In this document: positions 23,039 to 32,000 of the stretch, piece after piece
How the letters are laid out: each line of letters begins with the position of its first letter
Position numbering within the stretch: the first letter of the stretch is position 1
Origin: Mycolicibacter heraklionensis
GTDB lineage: Bacteria; Actinomycetota; Actinomycetes; Mycobacteriales; Mycobacteriaceae
DNA: 32,000 nt
NCBI RefSeq assembly: GCF_019645815.1
Contig: NZ_CP080997.1
Coordinates: 1,460,880 to 1,492,879, forward strand
Reading direction: 5' to 3'
Translations under genes and position numbers: made by a program
The notes under the pieces: generated by a model
Database searches by the model: none
The model's input: the letters and a program-made list of their open reading frames with translations, nothing else
What the model was told of the DNA's origin: nothing

Positions 23039-24184
23039 ATGCGATTCGTGCACACCGCCGATTGGCAGCTCGGCATGACCCGGCACTTCCTGGCCGGCGA
23101 CGCCCAGCCGCGTTACGCGGCGGCCCGGCGCGACGCGGTGGCCGGGCTGGGGGCACTGGCGAAGGAGACGGGCGCGGAATTCGTGGTCGTCGCCGGAGAT
23201 GTGTTCGAAGACAACCAGCTCGCCCCCGAGGTCATCAGTCAGTCCTTGGAGGCCATGCGCACCATCGGGATCCCGGTCTATCTGCTACCCGGAAACCATG
23301 ATCCGCTCGACGCGGCGTCGGTGTATACCAGCGCGTTGTTCGCCGCCGAGTGCCCCGACAACGTGGTGGTGCTCGACACCGCGGGTGTGCACCAGGTGCG
23401 CCCCGGCCTGGAGATCGTCGCCGCGCCGTGGCGGTCCAAGCGCCCCACCACCGACCTGACCGCGGCCGCGCTCGAGGAACTGCCGGCCGACGGCACCATC
23501 CGGATCCTGGTTGCCCACGGCGGCGTCGACGCGCTGGATCCCGATCCGGGCAACCCGGCGCTGATTCTGCTGGCCGGCCTGCAGGACGCGCTGTCTCGCG
23601 GCGCGCTCCACTACGTCGCCTTGGGGGACAAGCACTCCCGCACCCAGGTCGGGGAGACCGGCCGCATCTGGTATTCCGGTTCGCCGGAGGTCACCAACTT
23701 CGACGACATCGAATCCGACCCCGGCCACGTGCTGCTGGTCGACATCGACGAGGCCGACGGCGCCGTGAGCGTGGACTCCCGCCACGTCGGCCGTTGGCGT
23801 TTCCTAACGCTGCACCGCCAGCTCGACAATGGCCGTGATGTCACCGACCTGGACATCAACCTCGACCAGCTGCCGGATAAGGAACGCACGGTAGTGCAGC
23901 TGGCACTGACGGGTTCGCTCAGCGTCACCGACCGGGCCGCCCTCGACGTCTGCCTGGACCGGTATTCGCGGCTGTTCGCCTGGGTGGGCACCTGGAGACG
24001 TCATACCCACCTGGTGGTGGTTCCCGCCGACGGCGAGTTCTCCGACCTCGGAATCGGCGGGTTCGCCGCCGATGCGGTCGAGGAACTGGTCGCTGCCGCC
24101 CGCGATGCCGACACCGGTGCCGCCGACGACGCCCACGCCGCGCTGGCGCTGCTGCTGCGCCTGGTGGACCGGGGAGTGGCATGA
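23039..24184 (+). CDS. SbcD/Mre11-like metallophosphoesterase (putative DNA repair exonuclease)
   Basis: 381 aa. Motif series: MRFVHTADWQLG, VVVAGDVFED, LLPGNHDP, ILVAHGG, ALGDKH. An ATGA overlap joins it to the downstream ATPase gene. Confidence 0.85.
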   Translation: MRFVHTADWQLGMTRHFLAGDAQPRYAAARRDAVAGLGALAKETGAEFVVVAGDVFEDNQLAPEVISQSLEAMRTIGIPVYLLPGNHDPLDAASVYTSALFAAECPDNVVVLDTAGVHQVRPGLEIVAAPWRSKRPTTDLTAAALEELPADGTIRILVAHGGVDALDPDPGNPALILLAGLQDALSRGALHYVALGDKHSRTQVGETGRIWYSGSPEVTNFDDIESDPGHVLLVDIDEADGAVSVDSRHVGRWRFLTLHRQLDNGRDVTDLDINLDQLPDKERTVVQLALTGSLSVTDRAALDVCLDRYSRLFAWVGTWRRHTHLVVVPADGEFSDLGIGGFAADAVEELVAAARDADTGAADDAHAALALLLRLVDRGVA

Positions 24185-26796
24185 GACTGCACCGGTTGGT
24201 GTTGACCAACTATCGTGGTGTGGCGCATCGGGAGATCGATTTCCCCGACCACGGCGTGGTGGTGGTCTCCGGCGCCAACGAGATCGGCAAGTCCTCGATG
24301 ATCGAGGCGCTGGACCTGTTGCTGGAGTCCAAGGACCGCTCCGCCAAGAAGGACGTCAAGCAGGTCAAGCCCACCTACGCTGACGTCGGTGCCGAGGTCA
24401 CCGCGGACATCAGCACCGGCCCTTACCGTTTCGTCTACCACAAACGCTTCCACAAGGCGCCCCGCACGCAACTGACCATCCTGGAGCCGCGCCGCGAGCA
24501 GCTCACCGGCGATGAGGCGCATGACCGGGTCCGCGCCATGCTGGAGCAGACCATGGACACCGGCCTGTGGCAGGCCCAGCGGGTGCTGCAGGTGTCGTCG
24601 ACCGCGGCGGTGGACTTGTCCGGGTGCGATGCGCTGTCTCGGGCGCTGGACGTCGCCGCCGGCGACACCGCCACCCTCAGCGGAACCGAGCCTCTTCTCA
24701 TCGAGCGCATCGATGCCGAGTACGCGCGCTACTTCACCGGGACCGGGCGTCCCACCGGGGACTGGGCCAAGGCCATTGCCGCACTTGCTGACGCCGACGC
24801 CGAGGTAGCGCGGTGCGCCGAGCTGTTCGCCGAAGTGGACGACCGGGTGCACCGGCACGCCGAGCTGTCCGAGCAGTTGGCGAGGTTGGCCGACGAGCAG
24901 GCCGCCGCGGACGCCCGGCACAGTGCGGCGCAGGCTGCCGGCGCCGCGATCGCAGCGCTGCGCGGCCAGCTTCGCGATGCGCAGTTGGTGGCCACCGCGG
25001 CCAAAGCCACCGCCGCCGCGACCGACAGCGCCCACGCCGAGCGGCACCGGCAGCGCGACGAGCTCGAATCTCGGGCGGCGGCGATCAGCCTGCTGGACAC
25101 CGAGATCGACGGTGCGGCACAGGCGCAAGCCACTGTTGATACCGACGCCGCCGCAGCAGACGCCGCCGCGGCAACCGCCGCACAAGCCGTGGTCGGCGCC
25201 ACCGAACGTGCCGCAGCTGCGCGCCGCGTCGTGGATCAACTCGCCGCGCGAGACGAGGCTGATCGGCTCGCGGACCGGCTCGCCCGGCTGGACGCCACCG
25301 AAGCCCAGCTCGCCGAGGTGGCGGCACAGCTGACGCAGATCGTGGTGACCGAGCCGATGCTGCGCCGGATCGAGCAGGCGTCTGCGGCCTGCGAACGGAC
25401 CGAGGCGTCACTGGCCGCGATCTCGGCGACACTCGAGCTCGCCGCGGTCGGCGACATCGATCTGGTGATCGCCGGCGAGCCCGCCGCGCTGCCCGCCGGC
25501 CAGAGCTGGTCCGCCACCGTCACCGACGGCATCGAGGTCGACGTGCCCGGCTTGCTGCGGGTGCGTGTCCGCCCGGGGGACAGTGCACGTGAGGCCAGCG
25601 TGAAACATGCTGCGGCACAAGCCGAACTTGCCGATGCCCTGGCGGCGGCAGGCGTGGCTGATCTGGCACAGGCGCGCCACGCCGACCAGCGGCGCCGGGA
25701 ACTGCAGGGCAGCCGCGACCAGCTGGCCGCCGCCCTGGCAGCGTTGCGCGGTGCCGAGGAGATCGAGGCGTTACGGGCGCGGCTGACGCGACTGCGCGGC
25801 GAGCATGGCGAGATCCCCGCCCGGATCACACCGGCGCAGGCCCGCGCCGACCGTGATGAGGCAGAGGGGCTGCGGGCGCAGGCCGACGCTCACTGCGAAG
25901 CCCTGCGCCGCGCCGCCCAGGATGCCGCGGCCCTGCGCGGCGACGCTGCCACGCGGCTGATGCTGCTGCGCGACAAGGTGGCGGCGCAGCGCGGTGAGCT
26001 GGAGGCGGTCAACCAGCGTCTCGCCGCGCAGCGGGCAACGGTCAGCGATGACGAGCTGGCGGCTACCGCCGACTCCAACGCGCAGGCATTGCGCACCGCC
26101 GAGCAGCGCGTGACCGAATTGTCCGAACAGCTGGGCGCCGCCGCCCCCGACGCGATCGACGCCGAACTCGCGGCAGCGCAGACCGCGGCTCAGGACGTAA
26201 GGGCCAGCCACGCCGAGACCTCCCGCGCGCTGCACGAGGTGGAGGTCGAGCTCGCCGTGTTCGGCACCCAGGGTCGGCGGGGTCAGCTCGACGCCGCCCA
26301 GAGCGCGCGGGAACACACTGCGGCCGAACACGATCGGATCGGGCGCCGGGCACGCGCAGCGGCGCTGCTGCGGTCGACGATGACCCGCCACCGCGACGAC
26401 ACCCGCCGGCGCTACGTCGAGCCGTTCCGTGCCGAGATCCAGCGGCTGGGCGCTCACGTGTTCGGCGCCGACTTCGAAGTCGACGTCGACACCGACCTGA
26501 AGATCTGCGCCCGCACCCTCGGTGGTCGCACCGTGCCCTACGAGTCGCTGTCCGGCGGCGCCAAGGAACAGCTGGGCATCCTGACCCGGCTGGCCGGGGC
26601 GGCGCTGGTCGCCAAGGAGGACAGCGTCCCGGTGGTGATCGATGACGCGCTCGGCTTCACCGATCCCGATCGGCTGCAGAAGATGGGCGCGGTGTTCGAC
26701 GCGGTCGGTTTGCACGGCCAGGTGATCGTGCTGACCTGCGACCCGGATCGCTACCGCAGTGTCACCGATGCTCACCGCATCGATTTGAGCGCCTAG
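24181..26796 (+). CDS. SbcC/Rad50-like SMC-type ATPase
   Basis: 871 aa. It has Walker A GANEIGKSS, a long Ala/Glu/Arg-rich coiled-coil middle, the signature LSGGAKEQL and Walker B VVIDDALG. Confidence 0.85.
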   Translation: MRLHRLVLTNYRGVAHREIDFPDHGVVVVSGANEIGKSSMIEALDLLLESKDRSAKKDVKQVKPTYADVGAEVTADISTGPYRFVYHKRFHKAPRTQLTILEPRREQLTGDEAHDRVRAMLEQTMDTGLWQAQRVLQVSSTAAVDLSGCDALSRALDVAAGDTATLSGTEPLLIERIDAEYARYFTGTGRPTGDWAKAIAALADADAEVARCAELFAEVDDRVHRHAELSEQLARLADEQAAADARHSAAQAAGAAIAALRGQLRDAQLVATAAKATAAATDSAHAERHRQRDELESRAAAISLLDTEIDGAAQAQATVDTDAAAADAAAATAAQAVVGATERAAAARRVVDQLAARDEADRLADRLARLDATEAQLAEVAAQLTQIVVTEPMLRRIEQASAACERTEASLAAISATLELAAVGDIDLVIAGEPAALPAGQSWSATVTDGIEVDVPGLLRVRVRPGDSAREASVKHAAAQAELADALAAAGVADLAQARHADQRRRELQGSRDQLAAALAALRGAEEIEALRARLTRLRGEHGEIPARITPAQARADRDEAEGLRAQADAHCEALRRAAQDAAALRGDAATRLMLLRDKVAAQRGELEAVNQRLAAQRATVSDDELAATADSNAQALRTAEQRVTELSEQLGAAAPDAIDAELAAAQTAAQDVRASHAETSRALHEVEVELAVFGTQGRRGQLDAAQSAREHTAAEHDRIGRRARAAALLRSTMTRHRDDTRRRYVEPFRAEIQRLGAHVFGADFEVDVDTDLKICARTLGGRTVPYESLSGGAKEQLGILTRLAGAALVAKEDSVPVVIDDALGFTDPDRLQKMGAVFDAVGLHGQVIVLTCDPDRYRSVTDAHRIDLSA

Positions 26797-26809
26797 GGAC
26801 TTCGACCTG

Positions 26810-27232
26810 TTACCCGCCTGACCACGGGTTGATCAACTCGGCTCCCAGGTCTTGGAAGTGCCGGACATTACGGGTGGCAAGCGACGCCTTCCTGGCGACA
26901 GCGATTCCCGCGATCTGGACGTCGCGTACCTCGACGGGGTGCCCCTCACGACGTCCACGTGCGGCAAGACCAGCCGCCGCCAGCGCGGCCGGCTGATCGA
27001 AAGTCTGCACGCGACCGTCGAGGTCCTCGGCGAGCAGTTGCGCGAACGCCAACTCGAGGCGCCGACGACGCCGGCTTGGCTCGAGTAGTTCCAGTCCGGT
27101 CCACACCTCGAAAACGGTCACGGATGTCGTCCAGATCGACTCGGCGGGCAGGCCGTCGAGCCATTGCACCACCGCGTCGTCCGGCCGCTGTTGCATCAGC
27201 GCGGAGATTACGTTGGTATCGAGCAGGATCAC
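26810..27232 (-). CDS. vapC: PIN-domain toxin VapC (FitB-like)
   Basis: 140 aa: MILLDTNVISALMQ...VTVFEV...DVQIAGIAVARKASLATRNVRHF. Its GTG start overlaps the antitoxin TGA (GTGA). Confidence 0.85.
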   Translation of the reverse strand: MILLDTNVISALMQQRPDDAVVQWLDGLPAESIWTTSVTVFEVWTGLELLEPSRRRRRLELAFAQLLAEDLDGRVQTFDQPAALAAAGLAARGRREGHPVEVRDVQIAGIAVARKASLATRNVRHFQDLGAELINPWSGG

Positions 27233-27480
27233 AGGTCGCCGAACTCCGCCGGGCGCACAGGATGTCCGCGCAGCTCACTGATCTCATCGTGAAGGCCGAT
27301 CCCGGCGAACCGAGCTGAGATTTGTGAGCCGAGTCGAGCTGGTGTCACGTCGGCATCTCGGACCGCGTTGCGCAGGATCTCGCGAACTTCCTCTTCGGTA
27401 CTGCGGCCGTGTCGGCGGGCGCGCTGGACCAGCTTTTGCTTGACGTCGTCATCAAGCTGACGGATCAGAATCTGAGCCAC
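27229..27480 (-). CDS. vapB: VapB antitoxin (FitA/Arc-type ribbon-helix-helix)
   Basis: VAQILIRQLDDDVKQKLVQRARRHGRSTEEEVREILRNAV is the RHH pattern. I prefer GTG 27480. The ORF track starts at 27513. Confidence 0.75.
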   Translation of the reverse strand: MAQILIRQLDDDVKQKLVQRARRHGRSTEEEVREILRNAVRDADVTPARLGSQISARFAGIGLHDEISELRGHPVRPAEFGDL

Positions 27481-27584
27481 GTCAGAATGATATCGTGCTA
27501 TCACGGGATGCACCTCGCTTTCCCGGCGCCGAGAACCTCCCCGATCATCGGTTCAGCGACGGCATTGCACAATTCAGTGCTGCG

Positions 27585-29042
27585 TCAGCGGGTGCCGAAC
27601 CAGCTGCTCAGCGCCGCACCCAGCCCTTCCGGGGTGCCGTCGCCGACCCACGCGACGTGACCATCCGGACGGATTAGCACCGCATCGGGCGCGGCTACGA
27701 CACCTAGAACCGGCAGCTCCCACGGGCCGTCGTAGTCGGCATCGAGCTCCGCTACCCGGTCAGCCCACGGGCTGATATCGAAATCCCAAGGGGCGCCGAA
27801 GTTCAGCAGCGCACCGCGACCATCGTGCAGCAGCCCGAAGACACCCACGGTGCCTGCCGGCGTCGACACCTCCAGATCAGGCATCCGTCGACCCACCAGC
27901 GGATGACCGCCGCCGAGGTCGTAGTGAATGTCCAGCCCGCACATCATCGCAGCGACCCGCCGGCGCGGCTCATCGAGCCTCAGCAGTTCGGCCATGGTGT
28001 CACGCAAGGCGTCGACACGGGGTCCGGGCTCCAGCAGCGTGCTCTGGGCCATGGTGTTGTGTAGCACCCGGGCGCCGACCGGATGACGCTCGGCGTGGTA
28101 GGTGTCCAACAGGCCCTCGGGTGAGGTCCCGGCGAGCACCTGGGCCAGCTTCCATCCGAGGTTCACCGCATCTTGCACACCGGTGTTGAGGCCCTGCCCG
28201 CCCGCCGGCGAATGCACGTGTGCGGCATCGCCTGCCAGCAACACGCGCCGGTCCCGATAGCGTTCGGCCTGCCTGGTCACGTCGGTGAACCGGCGGACCC
28301 AGCGGACATTGTGCAACCCGTAGTCGGTACCGCGCCGCGAGATCAGGGCCTGACTGACATCGTCCTGGGTCGGATCTTCACTGGACTCTAGCTGCGGCGC
28401 AGTCACCATCACCCGTACCGGACCGTCGGCCTCCAGGCGGAAGAAGGAATGGATGCCGACGTCGTCGCGGTGCAGGCCCCACGGCGGCTCGTCGGCCAGA
28501 TCGCCCTCGGTGATCAAGCAGATCGCCGTCGGGTCCCAACCGGGAAACGCGATTCCGGCCATCTTGCGAATCTCGCTGCGGCCGCCGTCGCACCCGACCA
28601 GGTAGGCGGCGCGCAGCGTTGTGCCGTCGGAGAGTTCGACGTCGACGCCACAGTCATCCTGGGCGAAGCCGATCACGTCGCGGCCGTGGTAGATCCGCAC
28701 ACCCAGCTCGTTGACCCAGTCGGCGAGGGTGCGCTCAACGCGGTACTGCGGAAGTCCGACCGTGTAGTTGTGCCGGGTCGGCAAATCGCTGATGTCCAGC
28801 ATGATCCACGCGAAATGGCAGATCTGGCCGATACGCCCTTGCGCCAAGAACCGGTCGACGAGTCCGCGCTGGTCGAGAATCTCGATGGTGCGCGGGGTGA
28901 TACCACCCGCCCGCGACCCTATCAGGTCATGGCCGGCGCGGCGCTCGACGATCCCGACGTCGATTCCGGCCAATGCCAGCTCGCCCGCCAGCATCAAGCC
29001 GGTCGGGCCAGCGCCGACGATCACCACCTGATGGTCGGTCAT
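27585..29042 (-). CDS. Group-A FAD-dependent aromatic monooxygenase (PheA/TfdB-Rox-like)
   Basis: 485 aa. Motifs: VVIVGAGPTGLMLAGELA (GxGxxG), LVGCDGGRS, LLAGDAAHVHSPAGGQGLNTGVQDAVNLGWKL, and a C-terminal LIRPDGHVAWVG. Confidence 0.85.
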   Translation of the reverse strand: MTDHQVVIVGAGPTGLMLAGELALAGIDVGIVERRAGHDLIGSRAGGITPRTIEILDQRGLVDRFLAQGRIGQICHFAWIMLDISDLPTRHNYTVGLPQYRVERTLADWVNELGVRIYHGRDVIGFAQDDCGVDVELSDGTTLRAAYLVGCDGGRSEIRKMAGIAFPGWDPTAICLITEGDLADEPPWGLHRDDVGIHSFFRLEADGPVRVMVTAPQLESSEDPTQDDVSQALISRRGTDYGLHNVRWVRRFTDVTRQAERYRDRRVLLAGDAAHVHSPAGGQGLNTGVQDAVNLGWKLAQVLAGTSPEGLLDTYHAERHPVGARVLHNTMAQSTLLEPGPRVDALRDTMAELLRLDEPRRRVAAMMCGLDIHYDLGGGHPLVGRRMPDLEVSTPAGTVGVFGLLHDGRGALLNFGAPWDFDISPWADRVAELDADYDGPWELPVLGVVAAPDAVLIRPDGHVAWVGDGTPEGLGAALSSWFGTR

Positions 29043-29102
29043 TACTCTTTCATGAAACCTATTGCGGTGTAATCGAAATCTGCTAGCCCGGGCGGTCCAC
29101 CC

Positions 29103-29369
29103 TCACACATCGCGGAATCGTTGCTGCACTGCCTGCCGCGACACCCCTAACACCATGCCAATGGTGCCCCAGCTCTCGCCGTTTTCGCGCGCTTCCGCCA
29201 CCGCCCGACGCAGAGCGTCGGTCGCAGCATCGGCTGCCTCAGCCGCCTCGCGGACATGCCGCAGATACCGCCCGGCGCGCACCTTCACCGACGGGTCTGC
29301 GGGGTCCAGCTGGTCGATCCACTGCTCCGCGGCGGTGGTCTCGTTGACCTTTGTCGCCATGGTCATCAC
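29103..29369 (-). CDS. Small HTH protein, possible antitoxin/regulator
   Basis: 88 aa, with C-terminal HTH ESWGTIGMVLGVSRQAVQQRF. It begins within 1-10 nt of the stop of the upstream toxin-like ORF. Possible starts are 29369, 29366 and 29360. Confidence 0.6.
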   Translation of the reverse strand: MMTMATKVNETTAAEQWIDQLDPADPSVKVRAGRYLRHVREAAEAADAATDALRRAVAEARENGESWGTIGMVLGVSRQAVQQRFRDV

Positions 29370-29370
29370 C

Positions 29371-29649
29371 TCACAGGTAGTCGTAGTTCTTCGGTTGCAG
29401 CACGTTCACGTGGATGATCCGCTGTGGGTCGTCGGCGGGGACCACCACGACCTCAAGCAGCCGTACGCCCGCGTCGACGCCGATAATCAGCAGGCGACCC
29501 TCGTAGTCCCCCTCCTGCTCGATAAGCCTGACGGGATTGCGAATGACGTGCAGGGCATCCGCATCGGAGATCTCATGCTCGGCGTAGTGCTTGCGAGCCG
29601 ATTCGGCGAACTCAATAACGTCAAGGATATCTTGACGACTTCGGTCGCG
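29371..29649 (-). pseudogene. Small toxin-like ORF (BrnT/DUF497-like pattern) with no canonical start codon
   Basis: 92 open codons: RDRSRQDILDVIEFAESARKHYAEHEISDADALHVIRNPVRLIEQEGDYEGRLLIIGVDAGVRLLEVVVVPADDPQRIIHVNVLQPKNYDYL*. There is no in-frame ATG/GTG/TTG before codon 67, so it is missing from the ORF track. Confidence 0.45.
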
Positions 29650-29663
29650 TCAACAAGATCTTG
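29621..29663. promoter_or_regulatory. Two palindromic elements (tcaaggatatcttga; perfect caagatcttg) overlapping a putative minus-strand promoter
   Basis: On the minus strand: TTGACG (29653-29648), an 18-nt spacer, then TATCCT (29629-24). The palindromes lie at 29621-29635 and 29654-29663. Confidence 0.35.
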
Positions 29664-29714
29664 ACAGTTCCTCCAACTGGCAGATCGACATCTGGCTCGT
29701 ACGACGCAGGGCGG

Positions 29715-31439
29715 TCAGTCCTTCATGAACCCGATCACGGTGTAGTCCAGGTCGGCCAGCCCCGGCGCGCCGAAATTGGCCAGCGAACTGCGCACCGCCA
29801 CATTGCCAGTGGTCTGGATGAGCGGCAGGCTGAAACCCTCGGCCCAGAGCAGGGAATCGACCTCGTTGGCCCGGGCCCGGGCCACCACCGGATCGAGCGC
29901 CTCCAGCGTCTCCTCGATCTTGGCGTCGATGGCCGGGCTGCCGATCTTGCCGAAGTTGGCCTCCCCGTAGGAGGCGGAGATCTGGTTCAGCCCGGCCAGT
30001 GGGAACGCGTCACCGACCCAACTGAATTGGGCGATGTCGAAGTCGCCGACATTGACGTAGTCAGTGAAGAAGCCGCCCCCGGCCTTGGCGTCCAGCTGCA
30101 GCTTGACCCCGATCTGGGCCAGGTTGTGCTGCGCCACTTGGGCGAATTGGCGGGTGCTCGACGCGTCGTAGAACAGGTGGCGGATCACCAGGGGGCGACC
30201 GTTCTTCTCCCGGAACTTGCCGTGCAGTGTCCAGCCGAGTTCGTCGAGTTCGCGTGCGGCGCGCTCGGGGTCGTAGGCCACCACCGCACTGTTGTCCTGG
30301 TAGCCCTCCTGGCCGGCCACGTAGATGTGGTTGTTCAGCGGCACCGGGTCGGCGGTCAGGCCGCGCTGGGTGACCTTGGCGATCGTGGACCGGTCGATGC
30401 CGCGCATGACCGCCAGCCGCAGCGCCTTGTCGGACAGAATCGCGCCCGGTGCCCCGTTGAAGGTGAAGTGGTTCCAGGCCGGGGTCGGCGCCCGCCGGAT
30501 CGCGATGCCCTCGGTGCGGCGCGCGATCGTCAACTGATCCAGGGTGGCCACCCCGGTGGCGTCGATGGTGTGGTTCTGCAGTGCAGGCATCCGGGCGGCC
30601 TCATCGAGCACCAGGTAGGTGATGGTGTCGAGCTTCGGGGTCCGGCCCCACCAGGCGGGGTTGCGGGTCAACGTGATTCGCTGACTGGTGCGATCGAGGG
30701 TCGACAGCACGAATGGCCCGGCCGACGGGCCCGGCTTGCTCAGCTGAGCCTTGTTGAAGGTGGTCGGGTCGCCGGTCATGCTGGCCGGCAACAGCATCGA
30801 GTTACCCGCGAACATGCCCCGCCACTCCGCGTAGGGCTTGGCGAAGCGCATCACGGCCTGCCGGTCGTCGACGCCGCGGGTCACCGAGGCGACACGCTCA
30901 GCGCCGTTGGTGGTCGCGATCGCGTAGCTGCCGTCGGCGCCACTGGTGGCATGGATCTGGCTGGCGATGTCTTTCCAGCTCAGCGGCGTCCCGTCGCTCC
31001 ACACCGCTTTCGGGTTGATGGTGTAGGTGACCACCTGGGGGTTGGTGCCGGTCAATTCCACACTGGTGAAGTAGTCGGTGTCCACCGTCGCCGAGCCGTC
31101 CGCTCCGATGGTGAAGGCCCGCGGCATGGTGGCCTTGAGCATGGCGGCGTTCTCGGCCAGGTTTCCGTCGATGTGCAGCGGGTTGAAGTTCGGCGGGAAC
31201 TGCGTCATCGAGAGCCGGAGGTTGCCGCCGTCGCGCAACCTCGCCGGGTCCTGCGGGTTGACGTCGCTGGCGGTGCCGACCGAGGCGGTGCCCTCGGGCG
31301 CGGTGATATCGACTGCCGTGCAACCGCTCAACGCCAGGCCGGCAGCCAACACGATGGCCACCACCCCGTTGACTCTGCGTCCACCAGGCACTCTTCTCGT
31401 AAAACTGCGTGGTGAGCGCAGAGTCAACGTCATAGTCAT
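29715..31439 (-). CDS. oppA: Oligopeptide ABC transporter substrate-binding lipoprotein (OppA-like)
   Basis: 574 aa, with lipobox LALSGC after a positively charged N-terminus. It has a family-5 solute-binding-protein pattern and overlaps the upstream ATPase gene by 4 nt. Confidence 0.85.
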   Translation of the reverse strand: MTMTLTLRSPRSFTRRVPGGRRVNGVVAIVLAAGLALSGCTAVDITAPEGTASVGTASDVNPQDPARLRDGGNLRLSMTQFPPNFNPLHIDGNLAENAAMLKATMPRAFTIGADGSATVDTDYFTSVELTGTNPQVVTYTINPKAVWSDGTPLSWKDIASQIHATSGADGSYAIATTNGAERVASVTRGVDDRQAVMRFAKPYAEWRGMFAGNSMLLPASMTGDPTTFNKAQLSKPGPSAGPFVLSTLDRTSQRITLTRNPAWWGRTPKLDTITYLVLDEAARMPALQNHTIDATGVATLDQLTIARRTEGIAIRRAPTPAWNHFTFNGAPGAILSDKALRLAVMRGIDRSTIAKVTQRGLTADPVPLNNHIYVAGQEGYQDNSAVVAYDPERAARELDELGWTLHGKFREKNGRPLVIRHLFYDASSTRQFAQVAQHNLAQIGVKLQLDAKAGGGFFTDYVNVGDFDIAQFSWVGDAFPLAGLNQISASYGEANFGKIGSPAIDAKIEETLEALDPVVARARANEVDSLLWAEGFSLPLIQTTGNVAVRSSLANFGAPGLADLDYTVIGFMKD

Positions 31440-32000
31440 AAGTGTGGCACCGCGGCCAGCAGCCGCCGGGTGTAGTCGTGTTGGGGGTCGCTGAAGACCT
31501 GATCGGCCTCGCCCTGTTCGACGATCGCCCCGGCGAACATCACCGCGACCCGATGGGCCAGGTGCTTGACCACCGAAAGGTCATGCGACACAAAGAGGTA
31601 GGACAGCCCAAGTTGCTGCTGCAGATCCAGCAGCAGGTTGATGATGCCGGCCTGAATCGACACATCGAGCGCGGACACCGGCTCGTCCAGCGCGAGAATC
31701 TTCGGCTGCAACGCCAGTGCCCGGGCGATGCCGATCCGCTGCTTCTGTCCGCCGGAGAACTCCGAGGGGTAGCGCAGTGCGTCGCCGCGGCGCAGTCCGA
31801 CCAACTCCAGGAGCTCGGCGACCCGGGCATGGATGGCGGCTTTGCCGGAGCCATTGGCGCGCAGGGGTTCTGCCAGCAGTTCGAAGACCGGCAGCCGGGG
31901 ATCCAGTGAAGCGACCGGATCCTGGAACACCACCTGCAGGTCACGCCGCAGGGCGCGACGGCCGTCACGCTTCAACGTCGCGACGTCGGTGCCCAGTACT
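31436..32000 (-). CDS. oppD: Oligopeptide ABC transporter ATP-binding protein, C-terminal part (gene continues beyond the window)
   Basis: ...[12 protein letters not shown]..., signature [15 protein letters not shown] and Walker [13 protein letters not shown]. The frame stays open to position 32000 ([13 protein letters not shown]...). Confidence 0.85.
   Translation of the reverse strand, partial: VLGTDVATLKRDGRRALRRDLQVVFQDPVASLDPRLPVFELLAEPLRANGSGKAAIHARVAELLELVGLRRGDALRYPSEFSGGQKQRIGIARALALQPKILALDEPVSALDVSIQAGIINLLLDLQQQLGLSYLFVSHDLSVVKHLAHRVAVMFAGAIVEQGEADQVFSDPQHDYTRRLLAAVPHL

Noticed and set aside
24001-26775. Minus-strand ORFs of 412, 157, 197 and 334 aa
   Set aside because: These are shadow frames opposite the SbcC-like ATPase. 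They have no motifs and a biased Arg/Gly/Ala composition.
29661-31415. A 584-aa plus-strand ORF
   Set aside because: It is antisense to the OppA-like gene. Its composition is Arg/Gly/Val-rich and low in complexity, typical of a high-GC shadow frame. The minus-strand product has a lipobox and solute-binding-protein features.

Overview
High-GC actinobacterial DNA, almost certainly from a Mycobacterium: it has a PGRS-type glycine-repeat gene, an IS6110-like IS3 element and mycobacterial promoter motifs. The window splits into two parts.

(1) About 22.3-32 kb is conserved backbone. It holds a SixA-like histidine phosphatase, an SbcD-like/SbcC-like nuclease-ATPase operon preceded by a RecA-independent DNA-damage promoter motif, and oppA plus partial oppD. 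From memory this order matches M. tuberculosis Rv1276c-Rv1281c. Here a VapBC pair, a group-A FAD monooxygenase and a small toxin-like/HTH pair sit between the SbcC-like gene and oppA.

(2) 1-22.3 kb is a mosaic accessory region.
- A 1.8-kb TetR + HsaA-like flavin monooxygenase cassette occurs twice, plus one TetR relic and one monooxygenase 3' relic.
- A Fic gene unit occurs twice.
- There are four MarR paralogs: one is cut by the window edge and one is split by an IS3-family element.
- A signal-peptide PGRS-like protein sits next to an upstream exported protein.
- A fatty-acyl-AMP ligase gene is gutted by a GNAT-toxin pseudogene.
- Toxin-antitoxin modules are dense and in different states of decay: TacAT-like, two HigBA-like, two MbcA/Xre-RES relics and Phd-VapC.
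- Two low-GC, ORF-poor stretches lie at 4.7-6.45 kb and 8.43-8.98 kb.

No rRNA, tRNA or CRISPR array was seen. All family calls rest on motif reading of the supplied translations, not on database searches.
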